A stretch of 64,000 nucleotides of DNA from Eledone cirrhosa (Eukaryota), in NCBI GenBank assembly GCA_964016885.1, contig OZ024763.1:1550001-1614000 (forward strand). Direction: 5' to 3'. Below, piece by piece: positions 1 to 14,609 of this stretch. The notes below the pieces were generated by a model. It was not told where the DNA came from. It saw only the letters and a program-made list of their open reading frames with translations, and ran no database searches. How positions within the stretch are numbered: position 1 is the stretch's first letter; the number at the start of each line of letters is the position of its first letter. The position numbers and the translations under genes are program-made.

Positions 1-203
1 TGACGAAGAAAATAGAAGGAATGTCATTAATTACAGGTAGATTACCTCGTTAATTTCTGCCATCGTTACAATATAACCTACCTGCCCAAAACAATGTTCT
101 ATCATTTGCTTTCAGTTGGAATAACGGAAAAAAATAAAATGAAAAAAATAAAAGTTTAAATAGATAACATCCTTTCATGTTTTGTCTTTTAGTATTTCAT
201 GGT

Positions 204-420
204 TTGGTTGTTGTTGTTGTTGTTGTTGTTTGTGTTGTTGTTGGTTGTTTTTTGTGTTGTTGTTGGTTGTTGTTGTTGTTTGTGTTGTTGTTGGTTGTTG
301 TTGTTGTTTGTGTTGTTGTTGTTATCTTTTGTTCTTTTTGTTGTTGTTTTTTATTTTTTTGTGTTTTTTTGTTGTCGTTTTATTTTTGTTTTAGTGGGTT
401 TTTTTTTGTTGTTGTCAGCT
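204..420. repeat. (GTT)n/T-rich low-complexity tract
   Basis: Degenerate GTT triplets; the overlapping ORFs are poly-V/C/L artefacts. Confidence 0.9.
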
Positions 421-504
421 AATTCCTCTTTTGTCTTCAATTCAATAGTTTTGTTCTATCTCAGTTTAACCCTCCCCCTCCACTACTGAGTACCAATATA
501 ATCT

Positions 505-1860
505 CAATGTACCAATATTACCACCAATAAAACCACAATACCTATACTACTACCAATACTACTACCAATATAACCATGAAATATCGATACCACCGATACT
601 ACCACCAATACCACCACTATCAATACTACCACCAATACCACCACTATCAATACTACCACCAATACCACCACCACCACTATCAATACTACCACCAATGCCA
701 CTACCACCAATACCACCACCAATACCACCATCAATACTACCACCAATACCACCACCACTAATACCACCACCACCACTATCAATACTACCACCAATACCAC
801 CACCACCACTATCAATACCACCACTAATACCACCACCACTAATACCACCACCACTACCACCACCACTAATACCACCACCACTACCATCACCACCACCACC
901 AATACCACCACCACTACCACCACTATCAATACTACCACCAATACCACCACCACTACCACCACTATCAATACTACCACCACAGCCACCACCACTATCAATA
1001 CTACCACCAATGCCACTACCACTACCACCACTATCAATACTACCACCAATACCACCACCACTACCACCAATACCACCACCACTACCACCACCACCACTAT
1101 CAATACTACCACCAATACCACCACCACTACCACCACTATCAATACTACCACCACAGCCACCACCACTATCAATACTACCACCAATGCCACTACCACTACC
1201 ACCACTATCAATACTACCACCAATACCACCACCACTACCACCACTATCAATACTACCACCAATACCACCACCACTACCACCACTATCAATACTACCACCA
1301 ATACCACCACCACTACCACCAATACCACCACCACTACCACCACCACCACTATCAATACTACCACCAATACCACCACCACTACCACCACTATCAATACTAC
1401 CACCACAGCCACCACCACTATCAATACTACCACCAATGCCACTACCACTACCACCACTATCAATACTACCACCAATACCACCACCACTACCACCACTATC
1501 AATACTACCACCAATACCACCACCACTACCACCACTATCAATACTACCACCAATACCACTACCACCACTATCAATACTACCACCACAACCACCACCACTA
1601 TCAATACTACCACCAATGCCACTACCACTACCACCACTATCAATACTACCACCAATACCACCACCACTACCACCAATACCACCACCACTACCACCACTAT
1701 CAATACTACCACCAATACCACCACCACTACCACCACTATCAATACTACCACCAATACCACCACCACCACCACTATCAATACTACCACCACCACCACCACC
1801 ACTATCAATACTACCACCACCACCACCACCACTATCAATACTACCACCAATACCACCATT
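505..1860. repeat. (CCA)n-based compound minisatellite (ccactatcaatactaccaccaata variants)
   Basis: Recurrent 24-36 bp units built on CCA triplets; several frames on both strands are open, as expected for a triplet repeat. Confidence 0.9.
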
Positions 1861-1969
1861 GATACTGTATTGTACCTCTACCACTTCTGTAATCTTTACT
1901 TAATTACTTTTGTATTTCTGAATACATTGTATTGTTCCCTCTCAGGTATTGCTAATGGATGAAGACTAC

Positions 1970-2270
1970 TCATCACCATCATCACCATCACCATCACTCT
2001 CCATCTCCCCTCCTCCATCATCATCCTCATCTCCCCTCCTCCCCTCCTCCATCAACATCCTCATCTCCCCTCCTCCATCATCATCCTCATCTCTCTAATA
2101 CCCTCCTCTTCATCCTCTCCTCTCTCCATCGTATTCATCATCTACATCTCCCTCTCCTCTTCATCATATTCATCATCATCCACTTCTCCTACATCTTCGT
2201 CATCCCTCATCCATCTCCTCACCTCCCTCCCCCTCTTCATACCCCCCACCCCCACCCCCACCCCACCATT
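1970..2270. repeat. CAT/CCT low-complexity tract
   Basis: Degenerate catcac/cctcct runs. Confidence 0.8.
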
Positions 2271-2388
2271 TCACTACCAGTCTAAGGAGTGTATCTATCA
2301 ACTGTTTACAACACATTCTTTATCAATCAATTACTTCTCTAAATGTTTACTGCTGATTATTATTATTATTATTATGTCATAATTAGTT

Positions 2389-3270
2389 TACTAAGATTTA
2401 CCTCCACCCCACCCCACCCCCAGCCAGCATCCACCACCTGGATCTCCAATCCTCACCACCACCATCCCACCCAACAACGAGGGCAGAAATGGTTGGGGGG
2501 GGGGGGGGGAAGATGTGGTAACAATGATATAGATACTAAGATTTACCATCTAACATCTATGCCCCCTCCAGCCCACCACTACCCAGCACCCACTACCCTT
2601 GGCCTCCAATCCCCACCACCATCCTACCCAGCCACCCAGCAACAAGGATAGAAGCAGGGGAAGATGTGGTAACAATGATATAGATACTAAGATTTACCAT
2701 CTAACATCTATGCCCCCTCCAGCCCACCACTACCCAGCACCCACTACCCTTGGCCTCCAATCCCCACCACCATCCTACCCAGCCACCCAGCAACAAGGAT
2801 AGAAGCAGGGGAAGATGTGGTAACAATGATATAGATACTAAGATTTACCATCTAACATCTATGCCCCCTCCAGCCCACCACTACCCTTGGCCTCCAATCC
2901 CCACCACCATCCTACCCAGCCACCCAGCAACAAGGATAGAAGCAGGGGAAGATGTGGTAACAATGATATAGATACTAAGATTTACCATCTAACATCTATG
3001 CCCCCTCCAGCCCACCACTACCCAGCACCCACTACCCTTGGCCTCCAATCCCCACCACCATCCTACCCAGCCACCCAGCAACAAGGATAGAAGCAGGGGA
3101 AGATGTGGTAACAATGATATAGATACTAAGATTTACCATCTAACATCTATGCCCCCTCCAGCCCACCACTACCCAGCACCCACTACCCTTGGCCTCCAAT
3201 CCCCACCACCATCCTACCCAGCCACCCAGCAACAAGGATAGAAGCAGGGGAAGATGTGGTAACAATAATC
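2389..3270. repeat. 151-bp tandem repeat, about 5 copies plus a diverged first copy
   Basis: agatgtggtaacaat recurs at 2511, 2662, 2813, 2950, 3101 and 3252 (period 151; one unit has a 14-bp deletion). Confidence 0.92.
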
Positions 3271-3275
3271 TAGAT

Positions 3276-3405
3276 CAGTCATGGGCAACCTGCGGTCCCG
3301 CGAAGCTTTCTGAATGGCTCGCCTATGTGAAATATTTCTGATTTTTTTTAACCAAACTTTTCAGTCGTAATTTATCTTTCTATCATTTTTATGATGGAAG
3401 AATTG
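3276..3405. mobile_element. Truncated hAT-type MITE end, same family as 3653-3944
   Basis: Starts cagtcatgggcaacc after atctagat, which fits the NTCTAGAN-like hAT target; colinear with the 3653 copy. Confidence 0.65.
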
Positions 3406-3652
3406 TGGCCCGATATGGCTGGTTTAAATGCTAAAGGGTGAAGAACAACAGGCATTATCAGCAATGGAAAGACCAATGGAAACACAATTTCCTGTGTTCA
3501 ATTTCATGATTGGCTCCTATCTTTTTGTTTTGAACAAAGGAAAAGTTTCTTCTCAATTATTGTATTTGATGGCTTATAAAATACACTTTAATTTGAGCAG
3601 ACATAAAAGAGAAATGGTTTTAAACTATGAATGTCAGGTGAAGGGTATAAAG

Positions 3653-3944
3653 CAGTCGTGGGAAACCTGCAGCCCGCGAAGCTTTCTGAATGGCTCGCCT
3701 AAGTCACCTAATGTGAAATCTTTCTGATTTTTTTAACCCAACTTTTCAGTCGTAATTTATCTTTCTATCATTTTTACAATCGAAGAAAACAATGTGTACG
3801 AATTCTGAAGAAACAAATCAAAAGAACTTGAGTTACCGCCCTTTTTTTTAATGTGGGCACGAATATAAATTAGCACTTGCGGCCCGCCTGATGATGAGCC
3901 ATATCTCATGTGGCCTGCTTCTTGAAAAAGGTTGCCCATGTTTG
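3653..3944. mobile_element. Complete non-autonomous hAT (Charlie-like) MITE
   Basis: Imperfect TIRs cagtcgtgggaaacc / ggttgcccatgtttg; exact 8-bp TSD gtataaag at 3645-3652 and 3945-3952. Confidence 0.85.
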
Positions 3945-4239
3945 GTATAAAGTTTGTACATTGTATTTTTTTTATTATCATTCTACGTCGAAATTCTAGT
4001 TGTAATATTTTGGTACATATTTAAACATAAGAAAGCGTGGAAATAGATTTACTTTATTCTCTACATCATATTTTTTATTGAGATATTTTGTATATTTTTA
4101 AAATAAAAGGTGAAAATAAATTTATTTTTCATCATAAAATTGTAGCTTTTTTATCATCTCACATAATATCGAATCTATGAGATTTTGATGTTATCTATTT
4201 TGAGAACAATACCCTAACATCAGGTTGGAACAGGTGATT

Positions 4240-4365
4240 TCGTTAAATCACTGAAACTCACAGAGATGATGACATTAAAGATTGTGACAAGTGGAGAGAT
4301 GCTGTACTGAAGAAGGACCTGTCAAACCCATGCAGGTGTGGTAAAACAGACATAAAAATGATGAT
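4240..4365 (+). mobile_element. Decayed RTE LINE 3' end
   Basis: Similar to 47595-47735 (gacaagtggagagatgctgt...aaacccatgca...aaaatgatgat). Confidence 0.6.
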
Positions 4366-4756
4366 ACACACACACAACATTCACACACCACACATACACA
4401 CCACATACACACACCACACATACACACACACCACACAAACACACACACACCACACATACACACACGCACACAACATTCACACATACACACACCACATTCA
4501 CACACCACACCACACATACACACACACACCACACACACCACACATACCCACACCACACAAACACACACACACCACACAAACACACACACACCACACACAC
4601 CACACAAACACACACACACCACACACACACACACCACACATACACACACCACACAAACACACACACACCACACAAACACACACACACCACACATACACAC
4701 ACCACACAAACACACACACACCACACACACACACACACCACACACATACACACACT
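4365..4756. repeat. Degenerate (CA)n
   Basis: Seen directly. Confidence 0.9.
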
Positions 4757-4801
4757 GGAATTCATCTATACAGCCGTGAAAACGACGGCAATGATATATA
4801 T

Positions 4802-4965
4802 ATCATCATCGTCGTTTAACATCCATCTTCCACGCTAGCATGGGTTAGACGGGTTTGTCCCACTTCAGGCAAGATTGATCGGGTGACCGTGTCTCGCTTG
4901 TACAGAACTGTTTCTGGTTGGTTTTCTAGGACTGGATGCCCTTCCGAACACCAACCACATTTACA
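4802..4965 (-). mobile_element. RTE LINE 3' terminus leading into the large satellite
   Basis: catcatc...ccacgctagcatgggttagacggg...ctggatgccctt matches the 3' end of the LINE at 51555-51720. Confidence 0.8.
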
Positions 4966-7900
4966 GAGTGGACTGGGTGCTTTTTGTTGTCACCTACATG
5001 ACCACTTTACAGTGGACTGGGTGCTTTTTGTTGTGACACCTACATGACCACTTTACAGTGTGGACTGGGTGCTTTTTGTTGTGACACCTACACGACCACT
5101 TTACAGTGTGGACTGGGTGCTTTTTGTTGTGACACCTACACGACCACTTTACAGTGGACTGGGTGCTTTTTGTTGTGACACCTACATGACCACTTTACAG
5201 TGTGGACTGGGTGCTTTTTGTTGTGACACCTACATGACCACTTTACAGTGTGGACTGGGTGCTTTTTGTTGTGACACCTACACAACCACTTTACAGTGTG
5301 GACTGGGTGCTTTTTGTTGTGACACCTACACAACCACTTTACAGTGTGGACTGGGTGCTTTTTGTTGTGACACCTACATGACCACTTTACAGTGTGGACT
5401 GGGTGCTTTTTGTTGTGAGACCTACATGACCACTTTACAGTGGACTGGGTGCTTTTTGTTGTGACACCTACATGACCACTTTACAGTGGACTGGGTGCTT
5501 TTTGTTGTCACCTACATGACCACTTTACAGTGGACTGGGTGCTTTTTGTTGTCACCTACATGACCACTTTACAGTGGATTGGGTGCTTTTTGTTGTGACA
5601 CCTACATGACCACTTTACAGTGGATTGGGTGCTTTTTGTTGTGACACCTACATGACCACTTTACAGTGGATTGGGTGCTTTTTGTTGTGACACCTACATG
5701 ACCACTTTACAGTGGATTGGGTGCTTTTTTGTTGTGACACCTACATGACCACTTTACAGTGGACTGGGTGCTTTTTGTTGTGACACCTACATGACCACTT
5801 TACAGTGGACTGGGTGCTTTTTTGTTGTGACACCTACATGACCACTTTACAGTGTGGACTGGGTGCTTTTTGTTGTGACACCTACATGACCACTTTACAG
5901 TGGACTGGGTGCTTTTTGTTGTGACACCTACATGACCACTTTACAGTGTGGAGTGGGTGCTTTTTGTTGTGACACCTACATGACCACTTTACAGTGGACT
6001 GGGTGCTTTTTTGTTGTGACACCTACATGACCACTTTACAGTGGACTGGGTGCTTTTTGTTGTGACACCTACATGACCACTTTACAGTGTGGACTGGGTG
6101 CTTTTTGTTGTGACACCTACATGACCACTTTACAGTGGATTGGGTGCTTTTTGTTGTGAGACCTACATGACCACTTTACAGTGGACTGGGTGCTTTTTGT
6201 TGTGTCACCTACATGACCACTTTACAGTGTGGACTGGGTGCTTTTTGTTGTGTCACCTACATGACCACTTTACAGTGGACTGGGTGCTTTTTGTTGTGAC
6301 ACCTACATGACCACTTTACAGTGGACTGGGTGCTTTTTGTTGTGTCACCTACATGACCACTTTACAGTGGACTGGGTGCTTTTTGTTGTGACACCTACAT
6401 GACCACTTTACAGTGGACTGGGTGCTTTTTGTTGTGACACCTACATGACCACTTTACAGTGGACTGGGTGCTTTTTGTTGTGACACCTACATGACCACTT
6501 TACAGTGTGGACTGGGTGCTTTTTGTTGTGACACCTACATGACCACTTTACAGTGGACTGGGTGCTTTTTGTTGTGACACCTACATGACCACTTTACAGT
6601 GGACTGGGTGCTTTTTGTTGTGACACCTACATGACCACTTTACAGTGGACTGGGTGCTTTTTGTTGTGACACCTACATGACCACTTTACAGTGGACTGGG
6701 TGCTTTTTGTTGTGACACCTACATGACCACTTTAGTGTGGGCTGGGTGCTTTTTGTTGTGACACCTACATGACCACTTTACAGTGGACTGGGTGCTTTTT
6801 GTTGTGACACCTACATGACCACTTTACAGTGTGGATTGGGTGCTTTTTGTTGTGACACCTACATGACCACTTTACAGTGGACTGGGTGCTTTTTGTTGTG
6901 ACACCTACATGACCACTTTACAGTGGACTGGGTGCTTTTTGTTGTGACACCTACATGACCACTTTACAGTGGACTGGGTGCTTTTTGTTGTGACACCTAC
7001 ATGACCACTTTACAGTGGACTGGGTGCTTTTTGTTGTGACACCTACATGACCACTTTACAGTGTGGACTGGGTGCTTTTTGTTGTCACCTAAATGACCAC
7101 TTTAGTGTGGGCTGGGTGCTTTTTGTTGTGACACCTACATGACCACTTTAGTGTGGGCTGGGTACTTTTTGTTGTGACACCTACATGACCACTTTAGTGT
7201 GGACTGGGTGCTTTTTGTTGTGACACCTACATGACCACTTTAGTGTGGACTGGGTACTTTTTGTTGTGACACCTACATGACCACTTTAGTGTGGACTGGG
7301 TACTTTTTGTTGTGACACCTACATGACCACTTTACAGTGGACTGGGTGCTTTTTGTTGTGAGACCTACATGACCACTTTACAGTGGACTGGGTGCTTTTT
7401 GTTGTGACACCTACATGACCACTTTACAGTGGACTGGGTGCTTTTTGTTGTGAGACCTACATGACCACTTTACAGTGGACTGGGTGCTTTTTGTTGTGAC
7501 ACCTACATGACCACTTTACAGTGGACTGGGTGCTTTTTGTTGTCACCTACATGACCACTTTACAGTGGACTGGGTGCTTTTTGTTGTGACACCTACATGA
7601 CCACTTTACAGTGGACTGGGTGCTTTTTGTTGTGACACCTACATGACCACTTTACAGTGGATTGGGTGCTTTTTGTTGTGACACCTACATGACCACTTTA
7701 CAGTGGATTGGGTGCTTTTTGTTGTGACACCTACATGACCACTTTACAGTGGATTGGGTGCTTTTTTGTTGTGACACCTACATGACCACTTTACAGTGGA
7801 CTGGGTGCTTTTTGTTGTGACACCTACATGACCACTTTACAGTGGACTGGGTGCTTTTTTGTTGTGACACCTACATGACCACTTTACAGTGTGGACTGGG

Positions 7901-10851
7901 TGCTTTTTGTTGTGACACCTACATGACCACTTTACAGTGGACTGGGTGCTTTTTGTTGTGACACCTACATGACCACTTTACAGTGTGGAGTGGGTGCTTT
8001 TTGTTGTGACACCTACATGACCACTTTACAGTGGACTGGGTGCTTTTTTGTTGTGACACCTACATGACCACTTTACAGTGGACTGGGTGCTTTTTGTTGT
8101 GACACCTACATGACCACTTTACAGTGTGGACTGGGTGCTTTTTGTTGTGACACCTACATGACCACTTTACAGTGGACTGGGTGCTTTTTGTTGTGACACC
8201 TACATGACCACTTTACAGTGTGGACTGGGTGCTTTTTGTTGTGACACCTACATGACCACTTTACAGTGGATTGGGTGCTTTTTGTTGTGAGACCTACATG
8301 ACCACTTTACAGTGGACTGGGTGCTTTTTGTTGTGTCACCTACATGACCACTTTACAGTGTGGACTGGGTGCTTTTTGTTGTGTCACCTACATGACCACT
8401 TTACAGTGGACTGGGTGCTTTTTGTTGTGACACCTACATGACCACTTTACAGTGGACTGGGTGCTTTTTGTTGTGTCACCTACATGACCACTTTACAGTG
8501 GATTGGGTGCTTTTTGTTGTGACACCTACATGACCACTTTACAGTGGACTGGGTGCTTTTTGTTGTGACACCTACATGACCACTTTACAGTGGACTGGGT
8601 GCTTTTTGTTGTGACACCTACATGACCACTTTACAGTGTGGACTGGGTGCTTTTTGTTGTGACACCTACATGACCACTTTACAGTGGACTGGGTGCTTTT
8701 TGTTGTGACACCTACATGACCACTTTACAGTGGACTGGGTGCTTTTTGTTGTGACACCTACATGACCACTTTACAGTGGACTGGGTGCTTTTTGTTGTGA
8801 CACCTACATGACCACTTTACAGTGGACTGGGTGCTTTTTGTTGTGACACCTACATGACCACTTTAGTGTGGGCTGGGTGCTTTTTGTTGTGACACCTACA
8901 TGACCACTTTACAGTGGACTGGGTGCTTTTTGTTGTGACACCTACACGACCACTTTACAGTGTGGATTGGGTGCTTTTTGTTGTGACACCTACATGACCA
9001 CTTTACAGTGGACTGGGTGCTTTTTGTTGTGACACCTACATGACCACTTTACAGTGGATTGGGTGCTTTTTGTTGTGACACCTACATGACCACTTTACAG
9101 TGGACTGGGTGCTTTTTGTTGTGACACCTACATGACCACTTTACAGTGGACTGGGTGCTTTTTGTTGTGACACCTACATGACCACTTTACAGTGGACTGG
9201 GTGCTTTTTGTTGTGACACCTACATGACCACTTTACAGTGGACTGGGTGCTTTTTGTTGTCACCTAAATGACCACTTTAGTGTGGGCTGGGTGCTTTTTG
9301 TTGTGACACCTACATGACCACTTTACAGTGGACTGGGTGCTTTTTGTTGTGACACCTACATGACCACTTTACAGTGTGGACTGGGTGCTTTTTGTTGTGA
9401 CACCTACATGACCACTTTACAGTGTGGACTGGGTGCTTTTTGTTGTGACACCTACATGACCACTTTACAGTGGACTGGGTGCTTTTTGTTGTGACACCTA
9501 CATGACCACTTTACAGTGGACTGGGTGCTTTTTGTTGTGACACCTACATGACCACTTTACAGTGGACTGGGTGCTTTTTGTTGTGACACCTACATGACCG
9601 CTTTACAGTGGATTGGGTGCTTTTTGTTGTGACACCTACATGACCACTTTACAGTGGACTGGGTGCTTTTTGTTGTGACACCTACATGACCACTTTACAG
9701 TGGACTGGGTGCTTTTTGTTGTGACACCTACATGACCACTTTACAGTGTGGACTGGGTACTTTTTGTTGTGACACCTACATGACCACTTTACAGTGGATT
9801 GGGTGCTTTTTGTTGTGACACCTACATGACCACTTTACAGTGGATTGGGTGCTTTTTGTTGTGACACCTACATGACCACTTTACAGTGGACTGGGTGCTT
9901 TTTGTTGTCACCTACATGACCACTTTACAGTGGATTGGGTGCTTTTTGTTGTGACACCTACATGACCACTTTACAGTGGACTAGGTGCTTTTTGTTGTCA
10001 CCTACATGACCACTTTACAGTGGATTGGGTGCTTTTTGTTGTGACACCTACATGACCACTTCAGTGTGGACTGGGTGCTTTTTGTTGTGACACCTACATG
10101 ACCACTTTACAGTGGACTGGGTGCTTTTTGTTGTGACACCTACATGACCACTTTACAGTGGACTGGGTGCTTTTTGTTGTGACACCTACATGACCACTTT
10201 ACAGTGTGGACTGGGTGCTTTTTGTTGTGACACCTACATGACCACTTTACAGTGTGGACTGGGTGCTTTTTGTTGTGACACCTACATGACCACTTTACAG
10301 TGCACTGGGTGCTTTTTGTTGTGACACCTACATGACCACTTCAGTGTGGACTGGGTGCTTTTTGTTGTGACACCTAAATGACCACTTTAGTGTGGGCTGG
10401 GTGCTTTTTGTTGTGACACCTACATGACCACTTTACAGTGTGGACTGGGTGCTTTTTGTTGTGACACCTACATGACCACTTTACAGTGCACTGGGTGCTT
10501 CTTGTTGTGACACCTACATGACCACTTCAGTGTGGACTGGGTGCTTTTTGTTGTGACACCTAAATGACCACTTTAGTGTGGGCTGGGTGCTTTTTGTTGT
10601 GACACCTACATGACCACTTTACAGTGGACTGGGTGCTTTTTGTTGTGACACCTACATGACCACTTTACAGTGTGGACTGGGTGCTTTTTGTTGTGACACC
10701 TACATGACCACTTTACAGTGTGGACTGGGTGCTTTTTGTTGTGATACCTACATGACCACTTTACAGTGCACTGGGTGCTTTTTGTTGTGACACCTACATG
10801 ACCACTTCAGTGTGGACTGGGTGCTTTTTGTCGTGAGACCTACACCACTTT

Positions 10852-10855
<4 letters not shown>
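4955..10855. repeat. About 5.9-kb tandem array of 46/48-bp units (roughly 125 copies) derived from the RTE 3' UTR
   Basis: Unit gactgggtgctttttgttgtgacacctacatgaccactttacagtg(tg); homologous to the low-copy motif at 51715-51815 and 33405-33515. Confidence 0.95.
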
Positions 10856-10904
<49 letters not shown>

Positions 10905-10965
10905 ACATACATATATACACACACATACACACTTGAATTTGTCTGAACAGACATAAAAATGACAA

Positions 10966-11001
<36 letters not shown>

Positions 11002-11183
11002 GTATATATATGAATGGAAACAAATGAAACAAAATTTCATTTCTCACTCTTAGTACGGCTGTTACTTAAATATAAGTATGTATACGTACATACATATATG
11101 TATACATACTTATATATATATATATATATATATGTATACACACATTGGAATTCATCTAAATGGATGTAAAAACACAGACGATG

Positions 11184-11216
<33 letters not shown>

Positions 11217-11239
11217 TACATATATATACACACACACAC

Positions 11240-11280
<41 letters not shown>
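10856..11280. repeat. (TA)n/(CA)n microsatellite cluster
   Basis: Seen directly. Confidence 0.9.
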
Positions 11281-11282
<2 letters not shown>

Positions 11283-11887
11283 AATTTGTCTGAAAATACA
11301 TAAAACCAACGATGATGAAAATGATGGATAATAAGACAAAGAACGAGAAGAAGAAAATGGAGGAAACGGGAGGAGGGAACAAGAAACAACAAGAACAAGA
11401 GCAACAATAAAACAATAACAATAATAGACAATAGAAATATTTGTCATTGTTCAGTTTATTTCTGCCATATTGAGATGTCACAAACTTGTGTCTTACAAAT
11501 GATCTGTGAACATATTAAATATAAATAACAAAATAACATTGTTGTTGTTGTTGGTGTTGTTAGTGTAGTTGTTTTTATTAGTAGTATTAGTGTTGGTGGT
11601 GTTATTAGTGTTGATGTTAGTAATGTACTGGGTAATTGCTGGCCCTGTGCCTAAAGTAGAAACAGTTATTCGTAGTATTGGTGTTTTTATTAGTAGTATT
11701 GGTGTTGTTAGTAGTGTTGGTGTTTTTATTAGTATTGGTGTTGTTGTTGGTGTTAGTAGTGTTGGTGTTATTGGTTATATTAGTATTAACAATAGTAATA
11801 GTAGTAACAAATAAGAAAACTATGAGATAATAATGGTTAATAATAGTTTATAGTAGTAGTAGTGGTGGTGGTAAAGAAAACTGAGTT

Positions 11888-12427
11888 AATAATTGTTTCT
11901 ACTTTAGGCACAAGGCCAGCAATTACCCAGTGTATTACTGGTACTTTATTTTATCGACCCCGTAAGAATGAAAGGCAAAGTTAACCTTTGTTAGAAATAA
12001 TTGTTTCTACTTTAGGCACAAGGCCAGCAATTACCCCAGTGTATTACTGGTACTTTATTTTATCGACCCCGTAAGAATGAAAGGCAAAGTTAACCTTTGT
12101 TAGAAATAATTGTTTCTACTTTAGGCACAAGGCCAGCAATTACCCCAGTGTATTACTGGTACTTTATTTTATCGACCCCGTAAGAATGAAAGGCAAAGTT
12201 AACCTTTGTTAGAAATAATTGTTTCTACTTTAGGCACAAGGCCAGCAATTACCCCAGTGTATTACTGGTACTTTATTTTATCAACCCCGTAAGAATGAAA
12301 AGCAAAGTTAACCTTTGTTAGAAATAATTGTTTCTACTTTAGGCACAAGGCCAGCAATTACCCAGTACATTACTGGTACTTTATTTTATCGACCCCGTAA
12401 GAATGAAAGGCAAAGTTAACCTCGGCT
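11888..12427 (-). repeat. Five tandem copies (about 109 bp) of the 3' half of SINE family 1
   Basis: ttgtttctactttaggcacaagg at 11893, 12001, 12110, 12219 and 12328; reverse complement of the SINE tail at 27825-27920. Confidence 0.9.
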
Positions 12428-12919
12428 GAGATGATAATGGTTTATAATAATAATAATAATAGTAGTAACATAGTAGTAGTGACAGTGGTGGTGGTGGTAG
12501 TGACAGTAATAGTAATAAATAATAAAACTGAGTTAATAATGTGCTGATAATAATAGTAGTAGTAGTACTAACAGTAGTAGTACTAGTAGTAGTAGTATTA
12601 ATGTGCTGAGAGGTGTTCCGATCAATTTTGTGAGCAGTCGTGAAAAATATTTGGATCATGCACCGAGAATTAAAAGGTGAAAAACACAACATAAACTACA
12701 ACAACAACAACAACAGACAACATAAACTACAACAACAACAACAACAACAGACAACAACAGACAACAACAACAACAGACAATGACACTCAGAGGAAATAGC
12801 ATATGGTAATATAGTCTCAATTATTGTGGAAGACTGATAATAATAATAATAATAATAATGAGAGAGCGGGGGAGGAGAGGGAGATCTTCAGAAAATTTCT
12901 CAAAATATAAATATGTAGA

Positions 12920-12924
12920 TTATG

Positions 12925-12978
<54 letters not shown>

Positions 12979-13518
12979 CATAATATACACACATACACCA
13001 TCATCATTTTATAGACACACACATATATATACATATACACACGTGTGTATATATATATATATATAAATACACACATACACCATCATCATTTTATAGACAC
13101 ACACATATATATACATATACACACGTGTGTGTATATATATATATATATGTATATATAAATACACACATACACCATCATCATTTTATAGACGCACATATAT
13201 ATATACATATACACACGCGTGTGTATATATATATATATATACACACATACACCATCATCATTTTATAGACACACACATATATATACATATACACACGTGA
13301 AAAACACAACATAAAAAATATGTATATTATGGTGTGTGTGTATATATATATATATATAAATACACACATACACCATCATCATTTTATAGACACACACATA
13401 TATATATACATATACACACATGTGTATATATATATATATATAAATACATACATACACCATCATCATTTTATAGACACACACATATATATACATATACACA
13501 CGTGTATATATATATATG

Positions 13519-13558
<40 letters not shown>

Positions 13559-13912
13559 CATATAGACATGTATATACATATCTATACATAAACACATATA
13601 GACACATATATACATACCTATATATACACACATAGACACATATATTACATACCTATACATACATAGAGACACATATATACATACCTATATATACACACAT
13701 GTATACATACCTATATATACACACCTATACATACCTATATATACACACCTATACATACCTATATATACATACCTATACATACATATATATACATACCTAT
13801 ACATACATACCTATATACACGTATATACATACCTATACATACATATAGACACATATATACATACCTATATAAACACACACACATGTGTATATATATGTAT
13901 ATGTATGTACAC

Positions 13913-13990
<78 letters not shown>

Positions 13991-14320
13991 CTGGTGCTAA
14001 ACATGAAGTTTGGGAAAGAAAAGAGGATGTAAATAGTTGAATAAAATATTTCATTTAAATTGTGTGTGTGTGGCTGTATGTATGGGTGTGTGTGTGTATG
14101 GCTGTATACATACGCATATGCGTGCATAGATGTGTAAATGTATGCATATATATATATGTGTAAGTAAATATGTGCATGCACACATACAATTTGTATATAT
14201 CATCATTTAATATAGACCTATATACATACATGCTCACACACTCACATATACATGCTCACACACACACATGCACACATACATATACATGCTCACACACTCA
14301 TACACACATACACACACATA
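12920..14320. repeat. Compound TA/CA microsatellite with accatcatcattttatagac units
   Basis: Seen directly. Confidence 0.85.
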
Positions 14321-14609
14321 TATTGATGTAGAAAGAAAGATATAAAATTCCAATTTGCTATTTTCATTAATAAGTGTTTATAGCCATACTAAACTAAGTG
14401 TTCCTCTTAAATTGTTACTTGTGTATATATTACCTACAATATTTGTTACTATATATAATATATACAGAGAGAGAGAGAGAGAGAGAGTACTTGGAAATAG
14501 CACGGAAAATATATTTAAGGATCTGTTTTTCTTATTTTCTTTTTTGATTCGTCAAAGAGACATTATTGAGAAAATGAGAGGGACAATTCTTTAAAAAAAA
14601 GGAGTTTTA

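Noticed and set aside
504-1903. 400-450 aa Gly-rich, Pro-rich and Val-rich ORFs
   Set aside because: Multiple frames are open because of the CCA triplet repeat; there is no signal peptide or unique flanking coding sequence. A low-complexity structural protein exon cannot be fully excluded without RNA data.
3886-3915. ctgatgatgag...ctca as a hammerhead
   Set aside because: No GAAA box follows; it lies in the hAT MITE subterminal region.
4955-10855. CRISPR-like regular array
   Set aside because: Units are contiguous with no unique spacers, there are no cas genes, and the context is eukaryotic. The same applies to the other arrays.
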